Shown: piece after piece, positions 62,609 to 64,000 of the stretch
Layout of the letters: every line of letters starts with the position of its first letter
Numbering within the stretch: the stretch's first letter is position 1
The notes under the pieces: model-generated
Seen by the model: only the letters and a program-made list of their open reading frames with translations
Told to the model about the DNA's origin: nothing
Databases searched by the model: none
DNA from: an uncultured delta proteobacterium
GTDB taxonomy: Bacteria > Myxococcota_A > Polyangia > Polyangiales > Polyangiaceae
DNA: 64,000 nt
Reading direction: 5' to 3'
Assembly (NCBI GenBank): GCA_963841435.1
Contig: CAWJCS010000001.1
Location: forward strand, 96,001 to 160,000
Position numbers and translations under genes: made by a program

Positions 62609-64000
62609 GTGCTCTTCAATACCCTCGCTTACGCCGAGTTCTTCGGCGTCGTCTTCGTCGCTTCCTGGCTGCTGGCCCGCGCCAAAAAGCTCCGGCTGCT
62701 GTTCCTGCTCGGCGCGAGCTACTTCTTCTACGCGCGCTGGGACTGGCGCTTCCTGCCGCTCATCTTCGGCTCGTCGACCGCCGACTGGCTGCTCGGCAAC
62801 GCCATCGCGCGCGCGCGCACGCCGCGGGCTCGCAAGCGCTGGCTGCTCGGGACCGTGATTTTGAATCTCGGCGTGCTCTCGATCTTCAAGTACTTCGACT
62901 TCGGAGTGGAGTCGGCACGCGCGTTCCTCGGCGTGCTCGGCTTCCATCCGCCCGAGCTGGCGCTCCATGTGGCGCTGCCCATCGGCATCAGCTTCTTCAC
63001 CTTCGAATCGATGAGCTACGTGATCGACGTGTACCGGGGCGACATCGAGCCGCATCCGAGCTACACGGAATATCTCGCCTTCGTCGCATTTTTCCCGCAT
63101 CTCGTCGCCGGCCCCATCGTGCGGCCACGCGACCTCTTGCCGCAGCTCGCCGGGACGCCGCGCTTCGACCCCGCGGAAGGCAGTGAAGGGCTCTTTTTGA
63201 TCGCGCTCGGGCTCGTCAAGAAGGTCGCCATCGGCGACTACCTCGCGCTAAATCTGGTCGATCGGGTCTTCGACGCTCCGTTCCAGTTCTCCGCCGTCGA
63301 ATGCTACGCCGCGGCGGTCGGCTACGCGGTGCAGATCTACACCGACTTCTCGGGCTACACGGACATCGCGATCGGCTCGGCGCTGTTGCTCGGCGTGCGC
63401 TTTCCGAAGAACTTCGACTCGCCGTATCAGTCGGCGTCCATCACCGAGTTCTGGCGGCGTTGGCACATCTCGCTCTCGACGTGGTTGCGCGACTACCTCT
63501 ACATCAGCCTCGGCGGCAACCGCCGTGGCCCCGCGCGCACGTACCTGAACCTCATGCTCACCATGCTGCTCGGCGGGCTCTGGCACGGCGCAAGCTGGAC
63601 CTTCGTCGCCTGGGGCGGGCTGCACGGTGGCGCGCTGGCCGTGAGCCGGTTCATCCGCGATCGGCGGGGCGCGGAGCCCGCGCTGCCCCGGCTCCATGTT
63701 CTGCGCGTGATAGCCACCTTCCACCTCGTTACCGCTGGGTGGATCCTCTTCCGCGCCGACGGGTTTTCGGCCGCAGCGGACTATTTTTCCAGGCTCGTGA
63801 CCTTCACCACCTACCACCCGAACCTCGACGGACGAGTGCTTTCTGTGCTCGCGCTGGGGCTCGCGAGCCACTACGTGCCTCACGGAGTCTATGACGCCGT
63901 GCGGCGGCGCTTCGTGGCGTTGCCCGCGGCCGCGCAGGGCGTGGCGCTATTTGCGGCGGCCCTCGTGGTTCGCGAGATGGCGAGCGCGGCGGCCGTGCCG
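62609..64000 (+). CDS. MBOAT O-acyltransferase (AlgI-like), runs off window
   Basis: FKY, LPIGISFFTF, FFPHLVAGPI, DFSGYTD, NF..PY, FWRRWHISLS.WLRDY, GLWHGA. Confidence 0.93.
   Translation, partial: MLFNTLAYAEFFGVVFVASWLLARAKKLRLLFLLGASYFFYARWDWRFLPLIFGSSTADWLLGNAIARARTPRARKRWLLGTVILNLGVLSIFKYFDFGVESARAFLGVLGFHPPELALHVALPIGISFFTFESMSYVIDVYRGDIEPHPSYTEYLAFVAFFPHLVAGPIVRPRDLLPQLAGTPRFDPAEGSEGLFLIALGLVKKVAIGDYLALNLVDRVFDAPFQFSAVECYAAAVGYAVQIYTDFSGYTDIAIGSALLLGVRFPKNFDSPYQSASITEFWRRWHISLSTWLRDYLYISLGGNRRGPARTYLNLMLTMLLGGLWHGASWTFVAWGGLHGGALAVSRFIRDRRGAEPALPRLHVLRVIATFHLVTAGWILFRADGFSAAADYFSRLVTFTTYHPNLDGRVLSVLALGLASHYVPHGVYDAVRRRFVALPAAAQGVALFAAALVVREMASAAAVP

Overview
High-GC, gene-dense bacterial chromosome segment with about 55 CDS. 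It most likely comes from a myxobacterium of the Polyangiaceae/Sorangiineae type. This is inferred from the many lipoproteins with Gly/Ser/Ala linkers and Cys-rich domains, the DUF1592/DUF1552 pair and the CNGLDDDCDG repeats. Core and metabolic genes include lutABC, eno, NAD kinase, NUDIX, a Cys/Met PLP enzyme, cysE, a glutamine-synthetase-like/Fe-ADH/ALDH amine-catabolism trio, thpR, and a divergent MBOAT acetylase/deacetylase pair. Accessory content includes a five-gene MoxR AAA+/vWA operon, an atypical Hsp70 coupled to a MORN/TPR protein, and a HEAT/beta-propeller/glutaredoxin envelope operon. It also holds a GluR0-like ligand-gated K+ channel and several eukaryote-like disulfide-rich lipoproteins (LDL-receptor class A repeats, knottin-like, CX9C). 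No rRNA, tRNA, CRISPR array or transposase was recognised. Several reading frames are interrupted: two in-frame TGA-C codons in nearby genes, three isolated single-base frameshifts in otherwise intact genes, and three decayed gene remnants. Some of these may be assembly errors. All functional calls come from reading motifs by eye; no database search was run.
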